Shown here piece by piece: positions 1 to 13,579 of a stretch of 64,000 bases of DNA. Positions within the stretch are counted from its first letter, which is position 1, and each line of letters begins with the position of its first letter. The notes under the pieces were generated by a model. That model was not told the DNA's origin and did no database searches. It saw only the letters and a list, made by a program, of their open reading frames with translations. This DNA comes from Hypanus sabinus (Eukaryota), in assembly GCF_030144855.1 (NCBI RefSeq), contig NW_026781513.1, positions 186,001-250,000 of the forward strand, given 5' to 3'. Both the position numbers and the translations under genes were made by a program.

Positions 1-882
1 ACTGTAACGAAACCCAGTTTCCCCTCGGGATCAATAAAGCATGTCTGTCTGTCTTAGTATATAGTATACATTTGTCTGTCTGAGAGGAGATTGGGCGACA
101 GAGAGAGGAAAGAGAGATGGGGGGGATCGTTAGAGAACAGGGAGGAAGAGAGAGAGAGCAAGAGATGGAGAAAATGTGGAAGAGGAAGAGAGGCTGGCCA
201 AAATGGATAAGAACTGTGTGGACAGACCAGCGGATAGAGGCCTGGGCCTTGTTCTGCGTTCAGTAGGGACATGATAGACGGCTCCCCATTGAGTCTTCAG
301 GATGCCGAGACCTTGCAGAGGGTCACCGGGATGCTGGAGGGTCTGGAGGGCGTGTGCTCTCACGAGAGTCTAGGCGAACCTGGGCTGTTTTCCGATGGAG
401 TGCCGGAGGCCGAGGGGAGATCTGGGAGAGGCTCATAAGATGAATGGGAGGCAGAGGTAAGAGTGGACAGAGGGTATCTGTTCCCCGGGGTGGAACGTCT
501 AATACCACAGGGTATGCATTGAAGGTGGGAAGGGGTTGGTATGAGGGGTAGGTTTTCGACTCAGAGCGGCGGATGCCGGGAATGCGCACCCTGGTGTGGT
601 GCAATGGAGGCTTTTGAGAGACGTTGGGACAGGCACGTGGATGCGAGGAAGATGGAGGGAAATGGACGCGGTGCAGGCGGGAGGGATTGGTATTAAGGGT
701 GTTTCTGATTTGCTGGTCCGGCGCACCATTGTGGGCCGAATGGCCTCTTCCTCCGCTGCCCTGTTCTGCGCTCTATCTCCGCATATTCTACGTGGCCTGA
801 TCAAAGCAGACAGTAGACGAGGGGGGTATCCCACAGAGGATTGTGTACCCAAAAGGGGGGATGGTAGAGCGTCGGCCTTTTA

Positions 883-1465
883 GACAATAGACAATAGGTG
901 AAGAAGTAGACCATTCGGCCCTTCAAGCCTGCACCACCATTCTGAGATCACGGCTGAGCATCTACTATCAATACACCGTCCCTGCCTTGTCCCCATATCC
1001 CTTGATTCCCCTATCCATAAGATACCTATCTAGCTCCTTCTTGAAAGCATCCAGAGAATTGGCCTCCACTTCCTTCCGAGGCAGTGCATTCCGCACCCCC
1101 ACAACTCTCTGGGAGAAGAAGTTTTTCCTTAACTCTGTCCTAAATGACCTAGCCCTTATTCTCAAACCATGCCCTCTGGTACTGGACTCTCCCAGCACCT
1201 GGAACATATTTCCTGCCTCTATCTTGCCCAATCCCTTAATAATCTTATAAATTGCAATCAGATCCCCTCTCAATCTCCTTAATTCCAGCGTGTACAAGCC
1301 CAGTCTCTCTAACCTCTCTGCGTAAGACAGTCCCGACATCCCAGGAATTAACCTCGTGAATCTACTCTGCACTTCCTCTACAGCCAGGATGTCCTTCCTT
1401 AACCCTGGAGACCAAAACTGTCCACAATACCCCAGGTGTGGTCTCGCCAGGGCCCTGTACAAATG
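883..1465 (-). mobile_element. CR1 LINE 3' fragment (young family with (ctattgt)n tail)
   Basis: LYRALARPHL...VEANSLDAFKKELD; tail tagacaatagacaatag; same family at 9183-9770 (+) and 21155-21555 (-). Confidence 0.92.
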
Positions 1466-1704
1466 AGTCCCGAGTCCCGCCTCGGTGGGGGAGGGGGGGG
1501 AGGGGGGAACATAACGGAGGGCTCCGCTGCTGGGTCTATGTGAGCAGACTTTCTGACGGGATACAATTACAACCCCGCTTCCAATACACATTGAAGAGCG
1601 CTGGTGGGGGGGGAGGGGTGTGCAGGCAGGTTAGAGAAGTGAGCGAAAAGCCAGCAGGGTTGCGGCTGCGGGTGCCGTCAGAGGCAGGTTCAGGGGCCAG
1701 GCCT

Positions 1705-1732
1705 TGTTCTGAGACGGCCCCGAACCGGTGTG
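1705..1732 (+). promoter_or_regulatory. 12-RSS of J1 (tgttctgag - acggccccgaac - cggtgtg)
   Basis: 12-bp spacer; heptamer ends in GTG (CAC on the - strand); nonamer is non-canonical but matches the other J RSS in this window. Confidence 0.75.
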
Positions 1733-1782
1733 TAACGCTGCTGAAGCTTACTTCGGAGAGGGGACAAAACTGGTCGTTTTTG
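1733..1782 (+). CDS. TRBJ: TCR beta J segment (J1 in window), NAAEAYFGEGTKLVVF
   Basis: FGxGT motif (ttc gga gag ggg aca), phase-1 donor g|gtaagt at 1783, RSS-like signal directly upstream; EAYFG pattern is typical of J-beta. Confidence 0.93.
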
Positions 1783-2759
1783 GTAAGTCGGCGCCCGTCT
1801 GACGCCGGGTGAGGCTCACGGGGAGCCTCCGGGGCGGTGAGGGCGAGGGGGGAGGTGAGGGGGACGGGGGCAGTGTGACTATGGATGGACGGCTCCAAAC
1901 TAACAACTTCGGTTGTCGGATCGAGGGAGCATTCCCAGAGCGGGATAAGGAGGGGTCCTGAGATAACGGGCGTGAAGCAGTGAGAAAGTAACGGGGGGGG
2001 GGAGGAGAGGGAGGAAAGAGATGGGTGGGCAGATATACAGAGCCAGGCGGAGAGGTGAGCGACTGCGATCGCGAAAGAGAAAGAGAGAGGGGAAAATGAG
2101 GTAGCGAGTAAAGGGGGGGGGAGACAGGCAAACAGGGAGACAGGTAGACAGAGATAGGCAATGAATGTGAGGGAGATTCACGCACACAGATAGAGCCGAA
2201 AAGAGAGGGAGGAAGGTAATCTGAAACGGAGGGAAGAGTGGCAGGCAGACAGAAAGAGGGGTAGAGAGATGGGATGGGGGGAGAGAGAGCGAGAAGGAGA
2301 GAAAGGGGTGGCAGAGAAACATACTGGGGCAGATGGAGAGACGGGGAAAGCGTCTGTCGTGTTCTACGTGGGGGTGGAGGGGGACAGAGGGAGTGTGAGA
2401 GCGGTGGACGGTAGAGAGCGTGAGAGGAAGGAGTGAGGGAAAGAGGGGAATGATAGAGAGCAGTGGAGACGGGAGAGGGGAGATAGAAGAATGGGGCAAG
2501 GGGGAGATAGAGAGGGGGAGGAATGAGGGATCGAGAGGAAGTGAGAGGGAGGAAAGACTGTCAATCAGCGGCAGTCTCTGCTCTCTGTGGATGAGAGAGG
2601 GGCATTGACTGACGGATGGATCGGGAGAAGTGGGAAAGAAGTGTGAGAGAGGGAGGAAGAGAGAAATGCGTGAGAGTGGGCAAGAAGAGATAGACTGGGA
2701 TGATGGCAATAGACTGCCGATGAGAGATGTATCGACAGACTATTGTGAGAACAGATATA

Positions 2760-3945
2760 GAGAGGCCAGGCCTTGCTTTGAGACAAAGCCAAACTCATCG
2801 GAGGGCTCAATAACTGTCCCTACATGGGCAAAATTTAAAAAGAGGAATTTTGCAATCACCCCGATGGGATCACACTGCTGACCCTTTATATCCAACAAGA
2901 CAATTGGGAACAGAAATGCAGGCCATTAGAGGAAGTTGCAAAACGACCCTCATTTGTTGTCGTGATTGACTTCAAACCCCCCCCCCTCCCTTCCCCACTA
3001 TTGACTGGGGCCTCCTTAGTGCAAGAGGGCTGGACGAGGCCAGTCTTATTCGGGGCGTCCGAAGGAGTTCGCTGAAGTAGTTCCTGGATGGTCTAACTAG
3101 AGGAGGGGGGGGGGTAATTCTGGACATGGCGCCGGGGCATAAGGCTGGCATTTCGGCAGGGGAGCACCCTGTAAAGAGAAATCACCGCGCACAGGTTTTC
3201 AGGTGGACGCAAAGGAACATGGTAATGGGTCTCCTAGAAAAGCGTTCAACTGGCGGGGAATAAATCTGCGGGTGCATGTCCACAGATCCCTGAAAACTGC
3301 CTCACAGGTAGATGGGGTATTTAAGAAAGCTTATGGAGTGTTACCTTTCATTAGTCGAGGGATGGAGTCTAAGAGACGCGATGTAATGATGCAGCTCTGT
3401 AAAACTCCGGTTCGGCCACACTTGGAGTACTGTGTCCAGTTCTGGTCACCTCACTACAGGAAGGATGTGGAAGCATCGGAAAGGGTACAGAGGAGATTTA
3501 CCGGGATGCTGCCTGGTTTAGAGAATACGCATTATGATCAGAGATTAAGGGAGCTAGGGCTTTACTCTCTGGAGAGAGAAGGAGGATGAGAGGAGACATG
3601 ATAGAGGAATACAAGATATTAAGAGGAATAGACAGAGTGGACAGCCAGCGCCTCATCCCCTGGTCACCACTGCTCAGTACAAGAGGACATGTCTTTAAGG
3701 CAAGGGGAGGGAAGTTCAAGGGGGATATTAGAGGAAGGTTTTTCACACAGAGAGTGGTTGGTGCGTGGAATGCACTGCCTGAGTCAGTGGTGGAGGCAGA
3801 TACACTATTGAGATTTAAGAGAATACTGGACAGGCATATTGAGGAATTTAAGATGGGGGGTGGATATATGGAAGGCAGGGTTTAAGGGTCGGCACAACAT
3901 TGTGGGCCGAAGGGCCTGTACTGTCCTGTACTATTCTCTGATATA
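2760..3945 (+). mobile_element. Degenerate CR1 endonuclease fragment followed by CR1 ORF2 3' part
   Basis: [22 protein letters not shown]...RGDMIEEYKILRGIDRVDSQ; CR1 3' UTR gtgggccgaagggcctgtactg. Confidence 0.88.
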
Positions 3946-4059
3946 TGCTCAGAGGCGAGAGAGGGATAATTGAGCACCGCCAATCTTTTTGGGCAAGTCC
4001 GCATCTGACATGTGTGGGGGGTGGGGTGGGGGGGGATGTTTAAAGACTATCTCCGTTAA

Positions 4060-7000
4060 TCCGCACAGTACAGGACATGTACGTTTCGGGAGGACAAGGA
4101 TGGAAAGTTTGGCGAAACTTGGATGACATACCATTCGGCTTAAAACTTGGGCGGGGTGGCCTGCGACAATTATACAGGACGCTGCTAAGTCCACACTTGG
4201 ACTTCTCAGCTCACTTGAGGTGTCAATAATCCTGAAAGGATGCGGGAAAGGTTTAGGAGGATGCTGCCAGGATTCGAGGGGCTTCGTTATAGGAAAGACG
4301 TGACAGATGACTGGCGCAGGAGGGCGTTGGAAAACGCGTCTGGCCTGTCAGTGGCGGGGCGGAGAGCATCCAGCCAACAGTGATCACAACTCATTAGTTT
4401 CCCTGAACTTAGTAACGGATCTCGTATTCAACTTCAGTACAACTAATGAGAGTATTTAGGCAGGAGCGAGGGAGAGTTAATCGAGTAAAGCTAGCTGTGG
4501 TTTAACTCTCACCTCTGGGGAATGTTTAAACACCACTTGCACAGAGTATAGGAACTCTACAGAGTACAGGGCATTATGCTTAGCTAATAACCAAATACGA
4601 GGACGGCCAAGTCAGGGAACATTGAATGACAGGGCATTCCATATAAACTTTGGAGACCTGATGGGGCCGTGCCGCACGCTGCTAAGGCCACGCTTAGAAT
4701 GCTGTGTTCAGGGTTGGTCACCGTCCTACAGGAAAGATGTCATTAATCTTGAAAGAATGCGGAGAGGGTAGGCAATGATATCGCCAGGACTGAGTTATAG
4801 GAAGAGATTGGGCGAGTAAGACTTCATTCCTTAGAGCGTAAGAGACGGAGAGGCGATATTTAAAAAAAAAAAATTGCCGGGAAGATGCCATTAAACTGGA
4901 AAGAATATAGAGGGGGATTTTCGATTATCTTGGTTGCTCGGAGACGAGGAACTGATGATGGAGGCAGGTCGGTCTCGGATGGGACTTTATAACGTAGAAC
5001 GTAGGAGACTGAGAGATGATCTTACAGGTGTTCTAGTACCATGAGGGGCTGCGATAGGGGGATGGAGGAACTAGAGGGAACAGGTTTAAGGTGAGAGGGC
5101 AAAGCTTCGTGAGGAACTTGAGAGGCAGTTTTCTTTAACGCCAAGAAACGGTGGCATAGGACCATAATACATAGAATATAGGAGTAGAAGTAGGCCATTC
5201 GGTCCATCGAAATGCCCCGCCCTTCAATCATGGGCTGATCCAATTCTTCTAGTCATTCCCACAAACCTGCTTTCACCCCATACCTTTTGCTATCCCTGGC
5301 TAATCAAGAACCTATCTACCTCTGCCTGAAATGTACCAACGACTTGGCCTCCGCAGTCGCTCGTGGCAACTAATTCCACAGACTTGCCGCCCTCTGACTA
5401 TTCACCGCATCTCTGCTCTTGGACGTCCTTCAATTCTGAAGTCGTGCCCTCCTGTCCTAGACTCCCCTACCATGGGAAATAAATTTGCCATATCTAATCT
5501 GTTCAAGTCTTTTTGACATTCCGCATGTTTCTATGATATCCCCCTCATTCTCCTGAACTCCAGGGAATACAGTCCAAGAGCTGCCAGACGTTCCTCATAC
5601 GGTAACCCTTTCATTCCTGGAATCATTCTCGTGAATCTCTCTGAACCCTCTCCAATGTCAGCACATCCCTTCTAAAATAAGGAGCCCAGAACTGCACACA
5701 ATACTCCAAGTGTGGTCATACAGAGCCTCAACATCACATTCCTGCTCTTATGTCCTATACTTGTAGGAATTAATGTCAACATTGCATTCACCTTCTTCAC
5801 CACCGACTCAGCCTGGAGGTTAACCTTCAGGGTATCCTACACGAGGACCCCCAAGTCCCTTTGCATCTCTGCACTTCTAATTCCCTCCCCATCCAAATAA
5901 TAATCTGCCTGTTTAGTTCTCCCGCCAAAGTGCATGACCATACCCTTTCCAACGCTGTATTCCATTTTCCACTTCGTTGCCCATTCCCCCAAACTATCTG
6001 AGTCTCTCTGCAGGATCTCTGTTTCCTCCACACTGTGTAGAACGTGATGTCGGAGGAAATGGTTGAGGCAGGTACAACAAAAAAAAAACTTCCGGAGGGC
6101 AGTTAGACAGATACAAGAACAGGGAAGGTTTGGAGGGGGTATGGGGCATTAATTCTGCTCGATTCTGCTCCTGCGCTGTCCGGTCGAAATCTGACGCTGG
6201 CGGATCGGACTACAGCAACAAGCGGGAACTTCTGGAGGGACTCGGCATCTATGGATAAGGGTCGAAGGGTCAAAGTTTTGGGCCGTAACCCCTTCGGCAG
6301 CAGGCAGATTGGAGAAAGGAGGGGAAAGGAAGAGGGTTATTATCCTGGGTTACTTCAACCCCCGGCGTGGACTGGGACATCCTTAGGAAGAAAGGTTCAG
6401 ATGGGGCATAATTTGCTCAATGCACCTCCAGGAGGGTAACCTTGAAACAGTTTGCGCATTGCCCAAGTGGAGGAAGGGCGATTCTGGACCTGGCGTTGGG
6501 GAATGAATCTGGCCAGGAGGCTGACCTTTCAGCATGGGGAGCACTCGGCCAACAATGAGATCATAACTCATTAGGTACTCATGTCGTTATGAATGAACAT
6601 CATGATGGATCTTGTATTCAACTTCAAGAGGGCATGATTATGAAATTATTAGGCAGGGGCGAGGTCCAGTTAATTTTTCAAAGGGAATTTTTGGGCGAAT
6701 CCTCACGTGACCTTCGGAGGATTACGGGAACTCAACAGAGTGCAGTGCATGTTGGGAAGGGTACAGAGGAGATTTACCAGGATGCTGCCTGGTTTAGAGA
6801 GTATGGATTATGATCAGAGATTAAGGGAGCTAGGGCTTTACTCTTTGGAGAGAAGGAGGATGAGGGGAGACATGATAAAGGTGTACAAGATATTAAGAGG
6901 AATAGATAGAGTGGACAGCCAGTGCCTCTTCCACAGGGCACCACTGCTCATTACAAGAGGACATGGCTTTAAGTTGAGGTGTGGGAAGTTCAAGGGGGAT

Positions 7001-8290
7001 ATTAGAGGAAGGGTTTTCACTCAGAGAGTGGTTGGTGCGTGGAATGCACTGCCTGAGTCAGTGGTGGAGGCAGACACACTAGTGAAGTTTAAGAGACTAC
7101 TAGACAGGTATGTGGAGGAATTTAGGGTGGGGGTTATATGGGAAGCAGAGCTTCAGTGTCGGCACGACATTGTGGGCCGAAGGGCCTGTACTGTGCTGTA
7201 CTATTCTATGTTCTATGTTCCGTGTACGTTCAAGTATTAGCTTCGATGGGGCAGCTGGGTCGAATAGTCTCTTTCCTTGCATCTCACGCTATGTCGAGAC
7301 TAGGCCTCGCTTGAGGGCCCGAAATCGAGAGGGGGGGAAGGAGACATAATGGACGATTGGTTCACTGGGTCTCTGTGGGTAGAACTCAAATGATAACAGA
7401 ACAGCAATCACGGAATTTGTCTACCCCTTCCCCCTCCCCCCTCCCCACCAGTAGCAACCGAAACATTGAGGGATAGATATGTCGATAAGCCGGCAGATTA
7501 GAGAAAGATGCGGAAAACAACGCGTTTGCTATCCTGGGTGACTTCAACTCTCCCAACATAGACATGGGCCTCCCTAGTACAAGAGGTACAGTCGGGGCAG
7601 AATTTGACCACGGCACTCAAGGGGGTCTCCTGAAACAGCTTGCAACTGGGGCAACTGGAGGAGTGGTTACTCTGGTCTGGGCGGTGGCAAACCAGCCTGG
7701 CCAGGCGACTGGGCCTTCCAGTGGGGGGGGGGTGGGGGGAGCATCCGGCAAGTGGCGATCAGGATTCAGTATGTTCACCTGTGGCAAAGGAACAAGAATA
7801 ACCATGGGTCTCGTTTTCAACGTTACCAGGGCAGGTTATGAGAATATTAGGCAAGCGTAAGGGAGAGTTAATTAGAATCAGGCTTTTTTTTTTTGACAAA
7901 CCCTCGCGTGACCTGCGGCGGATATTTAAACGCCAACTGCAAAGAGTACAGAAATACCGTAGAGTGCGGGGCCTGTATGCTTAGCTTGTGAGGACAGGCA
8001 GGGTATGCAGGCAGATTCGCGACAGGTGGAGAAGTCAGCCTGGTTTATTGTAGGTGACTACTCCAACCCCCTCAATAGACCAGGATATCCTGAGTGCGAG
8101 AGGTTTAGACCGGCCAGAATTTGCTCAAGACGGTTACCTTGAAACAGTTTGTGCGTGGCCCATGTGGAGGAGGGGCCATTATGGGCCTGGCGTTGGGAAA
8201 TGGGCCCGGCTAGGCGGCTGGGGTTTTAGTCGGATGGGGAGCATCCAGCAAACGGTGACCACAACTCACGGGAGTGTTCCTGTTAGTTGT
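4060..8290. mobile_element. Mosaic of old CR1 fragments: + degenerate pieces, - CR1 at ~5165-6035, + CR1 3' end at ~6740-7215
   Basis: ORF track peptides EYSVGK..MHFG..LGVLV (-) and VQRRFTRMLPGL..GIDRVDSQ (+); repeated degraded SDHN endonuclease pieces. Confidence 0.75.
4531..5655 (+). repeat. Local segmental duplication, copy 1 (copy 2 at ~24982-26197)
   Basis: ~630 bp near-identical degenerate CR1 mosaic plus a shared junction to an inverted CR1. Confidence 0.85.
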
Positions 8291-8689
8291 GAATGAGCGT
8301 GGCTGGGGAAGAAATGTTGTCACTGGCTGGATATTAAGGGTTTTTGTTCTTCACAGCTAGTGTTCGGCACTTGAACTGTGGAAGAAAATACCCAGTGCTG
8401 ACACTGCATTGAGCAAGGAAGGGTTAATGATCTTCCAATGTAAAATCAAGGTCTACTGTGACCAACGTGCTCTGTGCTGCTGACAATGTGCATTTCGGTC
8501 AGGCTGATTAAAATAGCTATGCTTGTATTTGTTGTTCTCAGGGTCATCACACGTCTTGAGGCCTGTCTGATAGACTCTTTTGAGAAAGTAACACTGAAGT
8601 AAACCGCTCAGGGACACATCCTGTAACTTTGCTACTCGGCAGCACTGCCATTGATGTTCCTCCAGCAACCTAGTAACATAGAAACATAG

Positions 8690-9770
8690 AACACAAGCAA
8701 CATAGAAAGCAAAGGGTAGCAGTGAATGGGTGTTTCTCGGACTGGCTGGAGGTGACTACTGGGGTACCACAGGGCTCTGTATTGGGACCACAGCTCTTTA
8801 CGATTTATGTCAATGATTTAGATGAGGGCATTGAAAACTATATCAGCAAGTTTGCTGACGATACTAAACTGGGTGGCAGTGTGACATGCGAAGAGGACGC
8901 TAGGAGAATACAGGGAGACTTGGATAGGCTGGGTGAGTGGGCAGATATTTGGCAGATGTCATTCAATGTGAATAAATGTGAAGTTATCCACTTTGGAAGC
9001 AGGAACAAGAGGGCAGAGTATTGTCTGAACGGTGTAGAGTTAGGTAAGGGAGAAATGCAAAGAGACCTAGGAGTCCTAGTTCACCAGTCAATGAAGGTGA
9101 ATGAGCAAGTGCAACAGGCAGTGAAGAGGGCAAATGGAATGTTGTTACAAGGGGAATTGAGTACAAGAGCAAGGATGTCCTTTTGCATTTGTACAGGGCC
9201 CTGGTGAGACCACACCTGGAATATTGTGCACAGTTTTGGTCTCCAGGTTTAAGGAAGGACATTCTGGCAATTGAGGAAGTGCAGCGTAGATTCACTAGGT
9301 TGATTCCTGGGATGGCAGGGCTGTCTTACGCAGAGAGATTGGACAGATTGGGCTTGTACACGCTGGAATTGAGGAGATTGAGAGGGGATCTGATTGAAAC
9401 GTTTAAGATAATTAAAGGATTTGATAGGATTGAGGCAGGAAATATGTTCCAGATGTTGGGAGAATCCAGTACCAGAGGGCATGGATTGAGAATAAGAGGT
9501 CAGTTATTTAAAACAGAGTTGAGGAAGAGCTTCTTCTCCCAGAGAGTTGTGCAGGTGTGGAATGCACTACCTCGGAAGACGGTGAAGGCCAATTCTCTGG
9601 ATGCTTTCAAGAAGGAGCTAGATAGATATCTGATGGATAGGGGAATCAAGGAATATGGGGACAAGGCAGGGACTGGGTATTGATAGTGAATGATCAGCCA
9701 TGATCTCAGAATGGCGCTGCAGACTCGAGGGGCCGAATGGTCTACTTCTGCACCTATTGTCTATTGTCTA
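8690..9770 (+). mobile_element. CR1 LINE RT C-terminal part and 3' end, one frameshift
   Basis: VTTGVPQGSVLGPQLFTIYVNDLD...KFADDTKLGG RT motifs; 3' tail ctattgtctattgt. Confidence 0.95.
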
Positions 9771-9772
9771 TA

Positions 9773-10500
9773 ACCCACACAAAGTGCTGGAGGAACACAA
9801 CAGGCCAGGCAGCATCTGTAGGGAGAAGCGCTGTCGATGTTTCGGGCCGAGACCCTTCGTCGGGACTAACTGAAAGGAAAGATAGTAAGAGATTTGAAAG
9901 TAGTGGGGGGAGGGGGAAATGCGGAATGATAGGAGAAGACCGGAGGGGGTGAGGTGAAGCTAAGAGCTGGAAAGGTGATTGGCGAAAGGGATACAGAGCT
10001 GGAGAAGGGAAAGGATCANNNNNNNNNNNNNNNNNNNNNNNNNNNNNNNNNNNNNNNNNNNNNNNNNNNNNNNNNNNNNNNNNNNNNNNNNNNNNNNNNN
10101 NNNNNNNNNNNNNNNNNNNNNNNNNNNNNNNNNNNNNNNNNNNNNNNNNNNNNNNNNNNNNNNNNNNNNNNNNNNNNNNNNNNNNNNNNNNNNNNNNNNN
10201 NNNNNNNNNNNNNNNNNNNNNNNNNNNNNNNNNNNNNNNNNNNNNNNNNNNNNNNNNNNNNNNNNNNNNNNNNNNNNNNNNNNNNNNNNNNNNNNNNNNN
10301 NNNNNNNNNNNAGATGGAGAACAGGCAAACAACTAAATATGTCAGGGATGGGGTAAGAAGGGGAGGAGAGGCATTAACAGAGAAGTCAATGTTCATGCCA
10401 TCAGGTTGGAGGCTACCCAGCCGGTATATAAGGTGTTGTTCCTCCAAACTGAGTGTGGCTTCGTCTTGACAGTAGAGGAGGCCATGGATAGACATATCAG
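9773..10500 (-). mobile_element. Penelope-like retroelement 3' fragment (GIY-YIG C-terminus plus terminal repeat region)
   Basis: - strand peptide LEEQHLIYRLGSLQPDGMNIDFS typical of the PLE endonuclease end; partly N-masked. Confidence 0.75.
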
Positions 10501-11387
10501 AATGGGAATGGGACGTGGAATTAAAATGTGCGGCCTCTGGGAGATCCTGCTTTTTTTCGGGCCTCCTTCTGATTTATGTGCTTTTCTCTTGTCCGTTGGG
10601 ATACAATTAAGACCGTGAGCCATTGTCAGACAGAGTCTCGGAGCTCCGCTTTTAGGGGGCTGAGCTCTCCCTGGTATCATGTCGCATTGAGACTTTCCAA
10701 GGCGATTTCCCGTCGTCTCCGAGTTGTACCTTTTCCCGCAACCATAGCAATGGCTCCCCTACTCAACTTTCAAAGGGCGCGTGATGAGATTGGTCGGCGG
10801 GGGCGAGGGACAGTTAACTGAGTGGACTAAGTTTGGAAGGGGGCCCAAGTCTCTGCGTGACCTGCGGGGCGTTTCAACCACGGACTGGACAAAGTACAGA
10901 CAGGTCAATGTACGCTTAAGCACTAAGGAAAGGCAAGGATGGTGGGGTCAAGGGTCAGTGCCCCCCCCCTCCCTGTAGGCAAAAAGTCATCAATCTTGGA
11001 GGAATGCGGGGCAAGGTTGACAGAGGCGATGCCAGGATTCTAAAGGGGCTGGGAATACATAGGAGGCGTTGCATAGGGGAAGCGCAGCAGACTGGGAGAT
11101 GGTCCTTCAAAGAATACCATTAATCAAGAAGGAGTGGAGGAGGGGGGGGGAGAGATTTGCGAGGGTGTTAAGGGGGCTGGAGGAACTGGGCAGGACGCGA
11201 TATTATCGCTGAGAGGGAAGGACAGAGCGGGGGTTACCTGACAGAGGTGTATAAAACCACGAGAGGGGCTTCGATAGGGTGAATTCGTCCAGACTTTAGC
11301 CCCCAGGTTCGGGCACAGGTTCAAGGTGAGGTTGGGGGCGGGGTACTTAAACGCTAGAAAATTTGGTTTATCTCGGATGAGGCATCT

Positions 11388-12115
11388 TCAAGTCAAGTCA
11401 AGTCACTTTTATTGTCATTTCGACCATAACAGTACATAGTAAAATGAGGCAGAGTTTTTCAGGACCATGGTGTCACATGGCGCAGTACAAAAACTAGACT
11501 GAACTACGTAAAAAAACAACAACACAGAAAAGTAACTACTCTAGACTACAGACCTACCCAGGACTGCAGAAAGTGCACAAAAACAGTGCAGGCATTACAA
11601 TAAATAATAAACAGGACAATAGGGCAGTAAGGTGTCAGTCCAGACTCTGGGTATTGAGGAGTCTGATAGCTCGGGGGAAGAAACTGTTACACAGTCTGGT
11701 CGTGGGAGCCCGAATGCTTCGGAGCCTTTTCCCAGACGGCAGGAGGGAGAAGAGTTTGTATGAGGGGTGCGTGGGGTCCTTCATAATGCTGTTTGCTTTG
11801 CGGATGCAGCGTGTGGTGTAAATGTCCGTGATGGCGGGAAGAGAGACCCCGATGATCTCCTCAGCTGACCTCACTGTCCGCTGCAGGGTCCTGCGATTCG
11901 AGATGGTGCAATTTCCGAACCAGGCAGTGATGCAGCTGCTCAGGATTGCTCTCAATACAACCCCTGTTAGAAAGTGATGAGGATGGGGGGTGGGAGATGG
12001 ACTTTCCTCAGCCTTCGCAGAGAGTAGAGACGCTGCTGGGCTTTCTTTGCTATGGAGCTGGTGTTGAGGGAGCAGGTGGGATTCTCCGCCGGGTGAACAC
12101 CAGGAAACTTGGTGC
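11388..12115 (-). mobile_element. Rex1/Babar-type non-LTR retrotransposon 3' fragment
   Basis: [54 protein letters not shown]-like peptide; tandem tail caagtcaagtcaagtc; ends ~110 bp upstream of the J2 RSS. Confidence 0.85.
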
Positions 12116-12222
12116 TTGATCGGCCTCCTCCTGCGCTGTGTCATCCCACGACCGTGCGGAGGGAGGCCGCGAATTGTGTTCCAGCCTCGCCCGAGTAGAC
12201 GCGGCGAGAGAGAGCGAGGGCT

Positions 12223-12250
12223 GGTTTTGAACCCGGCCCCGGCTGCCGTG
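12223..12250 (+). promoter_or_regulatory. 12-RSS of J2 (ggttttgaa - cccggccccggc - tgccgtg)
   Basis: Nonamer close to ggtttttgt, 12-bp spacer, heptamer ending in GTG. Confidence 0.8.
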
Positions 12251-12300
12251 CACTGCTAACGAGCAGTACTTCGGCAGCGGGACAAAACTAGTCGTCTTAG
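12251..12300 (+). CDS. TRBJ: TCR beta J segment (J2), [16 protein letters not shown]
   Basis: NEQYFGxGT motif characteristic of J-beta; donor g|gtgagt at 12301. Confidence 0.95.
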
Positions 12301-12762
12301 GTGAGTCGGTTCGGTTCTAGTGCGGCTCGGAGGGGAGGTTGGGGAGGTGGGGAGTGGGACGAACAGGCGGTGAAGAGCAGACGCAGTTTCCAGGGAGAAA
12401 GGAGAGGAAACGGGAGAGATCCCCTGTGAGGTAGAGGGACGGGAAAATTGAGAGCAACAGTGGGGAACAGAAGGGGGGAGAGAGAGGTGTACAGAGAAGA
12501 AGGGAGGGATATGGAGGGGAAAGGCTCGGAGACTGAGAGGAGGGGAGAAGCGGAAGAATAGCGGAGAGGGAAGAGAGGAGAAGAGCGAAGACAGGGGAAT
12601 GGAGCCAAAGAGAGAGAGAGGAAGGGTGGAAATAAGCGAGAACGGGGGAGAGGTCGGGTGCGATAGAGAGCCTGTTTCTATGTCGTAGTGGGGGGGGGGG
12701 AGAAGCTGGTGAATTTATTCTGGTCTCGGCTGAGCAGGCGCGGCGAGAGAGAACCGAGGGCT

Positions 12763-12790
12763 GGTTTTGAAACAGGCCCCGGCCGCTGTG
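12763..12790 (+). promoter_or_regulatory. 12-RSS of J3 (ggttttgaa - acaggccccggc - cgctgtg)
   Basis: Best-matching RSS of the J set; 12-bp spacer. Confidence 0.85.
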
Positions 12791-12840
12791 TACCAACGCT
12801 GAGCAGTATTTTGGCGACGGGACCAAACTGGTCGTCTTGG
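12791..12840 (+). CDS. TRBJ: TCR beta J segment (J3), TNAEQYFGDGTKLVVL
   Basis: EQYFGDGT motif; donor g|gtgagt at 12841; tandem paralog of J2 (540 bp apart, shared upstream sequence). Confidence 0.95.
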
Positions 12841-13579
12841 GTGAGTCGGCTTACTTCTGGACTCGGGGCGGAGTACGGGGTGACCGGGGGCAGAGGTTTC
12901 AGGGCGGGAAATAGCCCCGGGTTATTCCGCCAGCAGGGTGGGGGGGTGTGGAGTCTGGATGGAGTTTGAGAGAGGGAGGACGCACGGGAGAACTTCCCCT
13001 GAGAGAAGAGAAAGGAAGGGAGAATTTTCTTTTGTCGCTGGAAGAGAAAGATCGACAGCGGGAGAGGGGAAGATGGAGGAGAGCGGGAACGAGGGGCAAA
13101 CGAGAGACCGGGGAGGTAGAACGAAGAAAAGAAAAACTAGGAAGAGTGGAGGAGAAGGGTTGGGCTGAGGGGAATTGGAGAGAGGGGGGAGGAAAGAAAG
13201 TTAGAAGCGAGCTGGAGGGGCAAAGGGACAGATGGAGCGGGAGGAAAAGAGGGGTGAGAATGGAGAGAGGAAAGGGGATAGAAAGGGGAAGCGAGAGTCT
13301 GAGAGGAAGATGAGGAACTGGAAGTGAGAGAGAGAAATAGAGGGGGGAGGGTGCGAGTTGGAGAGAGAGTAAAAAGGGGATTAGAAGGTTGACGGGGCAG
13401 GGAGGGTAAAACGAGAGGGGGAGAAGACGTGGGGAAATAGGCGAGACGGGGTGAGAGGGGAAGAAAGAGCGAAAGAGGGAGATAGGCTGTTGGAAATGGA
13501 GTCATTGTCTCTCAGGAAGGGATGCACCGACAGGAGTGACGGCGGCGGGTGTACAGGCACAAGGTTAGAGGCCGGGGTG

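Noticed and set aside
1861-1878. gggacgggggcagtgtg resembling the D-beta core GGGACAGGGGGC
   Set aside because: Lies 3' of J1 and lacks flanking 12- and 23-RSS (no CACAGTG or nonamers)
1748-2709. Long Ser/Pro/Leu-rich - strand ORFs (also 13137-15009, 18789-19256)
   Set aside because: Artefacts of the polypyrimidine strand of GA-rich tracts, which lacks stop codons
8330-8690. Unique AT-richer segment with ctctgtg followed by cat ttc ggt cag (HFGQ) and a splice-acceptor-like tract
   Set aside because: No FGxGT, in-frame stop, no nonamer at 12 bp and no donor; all frames after the acceptor close quickly
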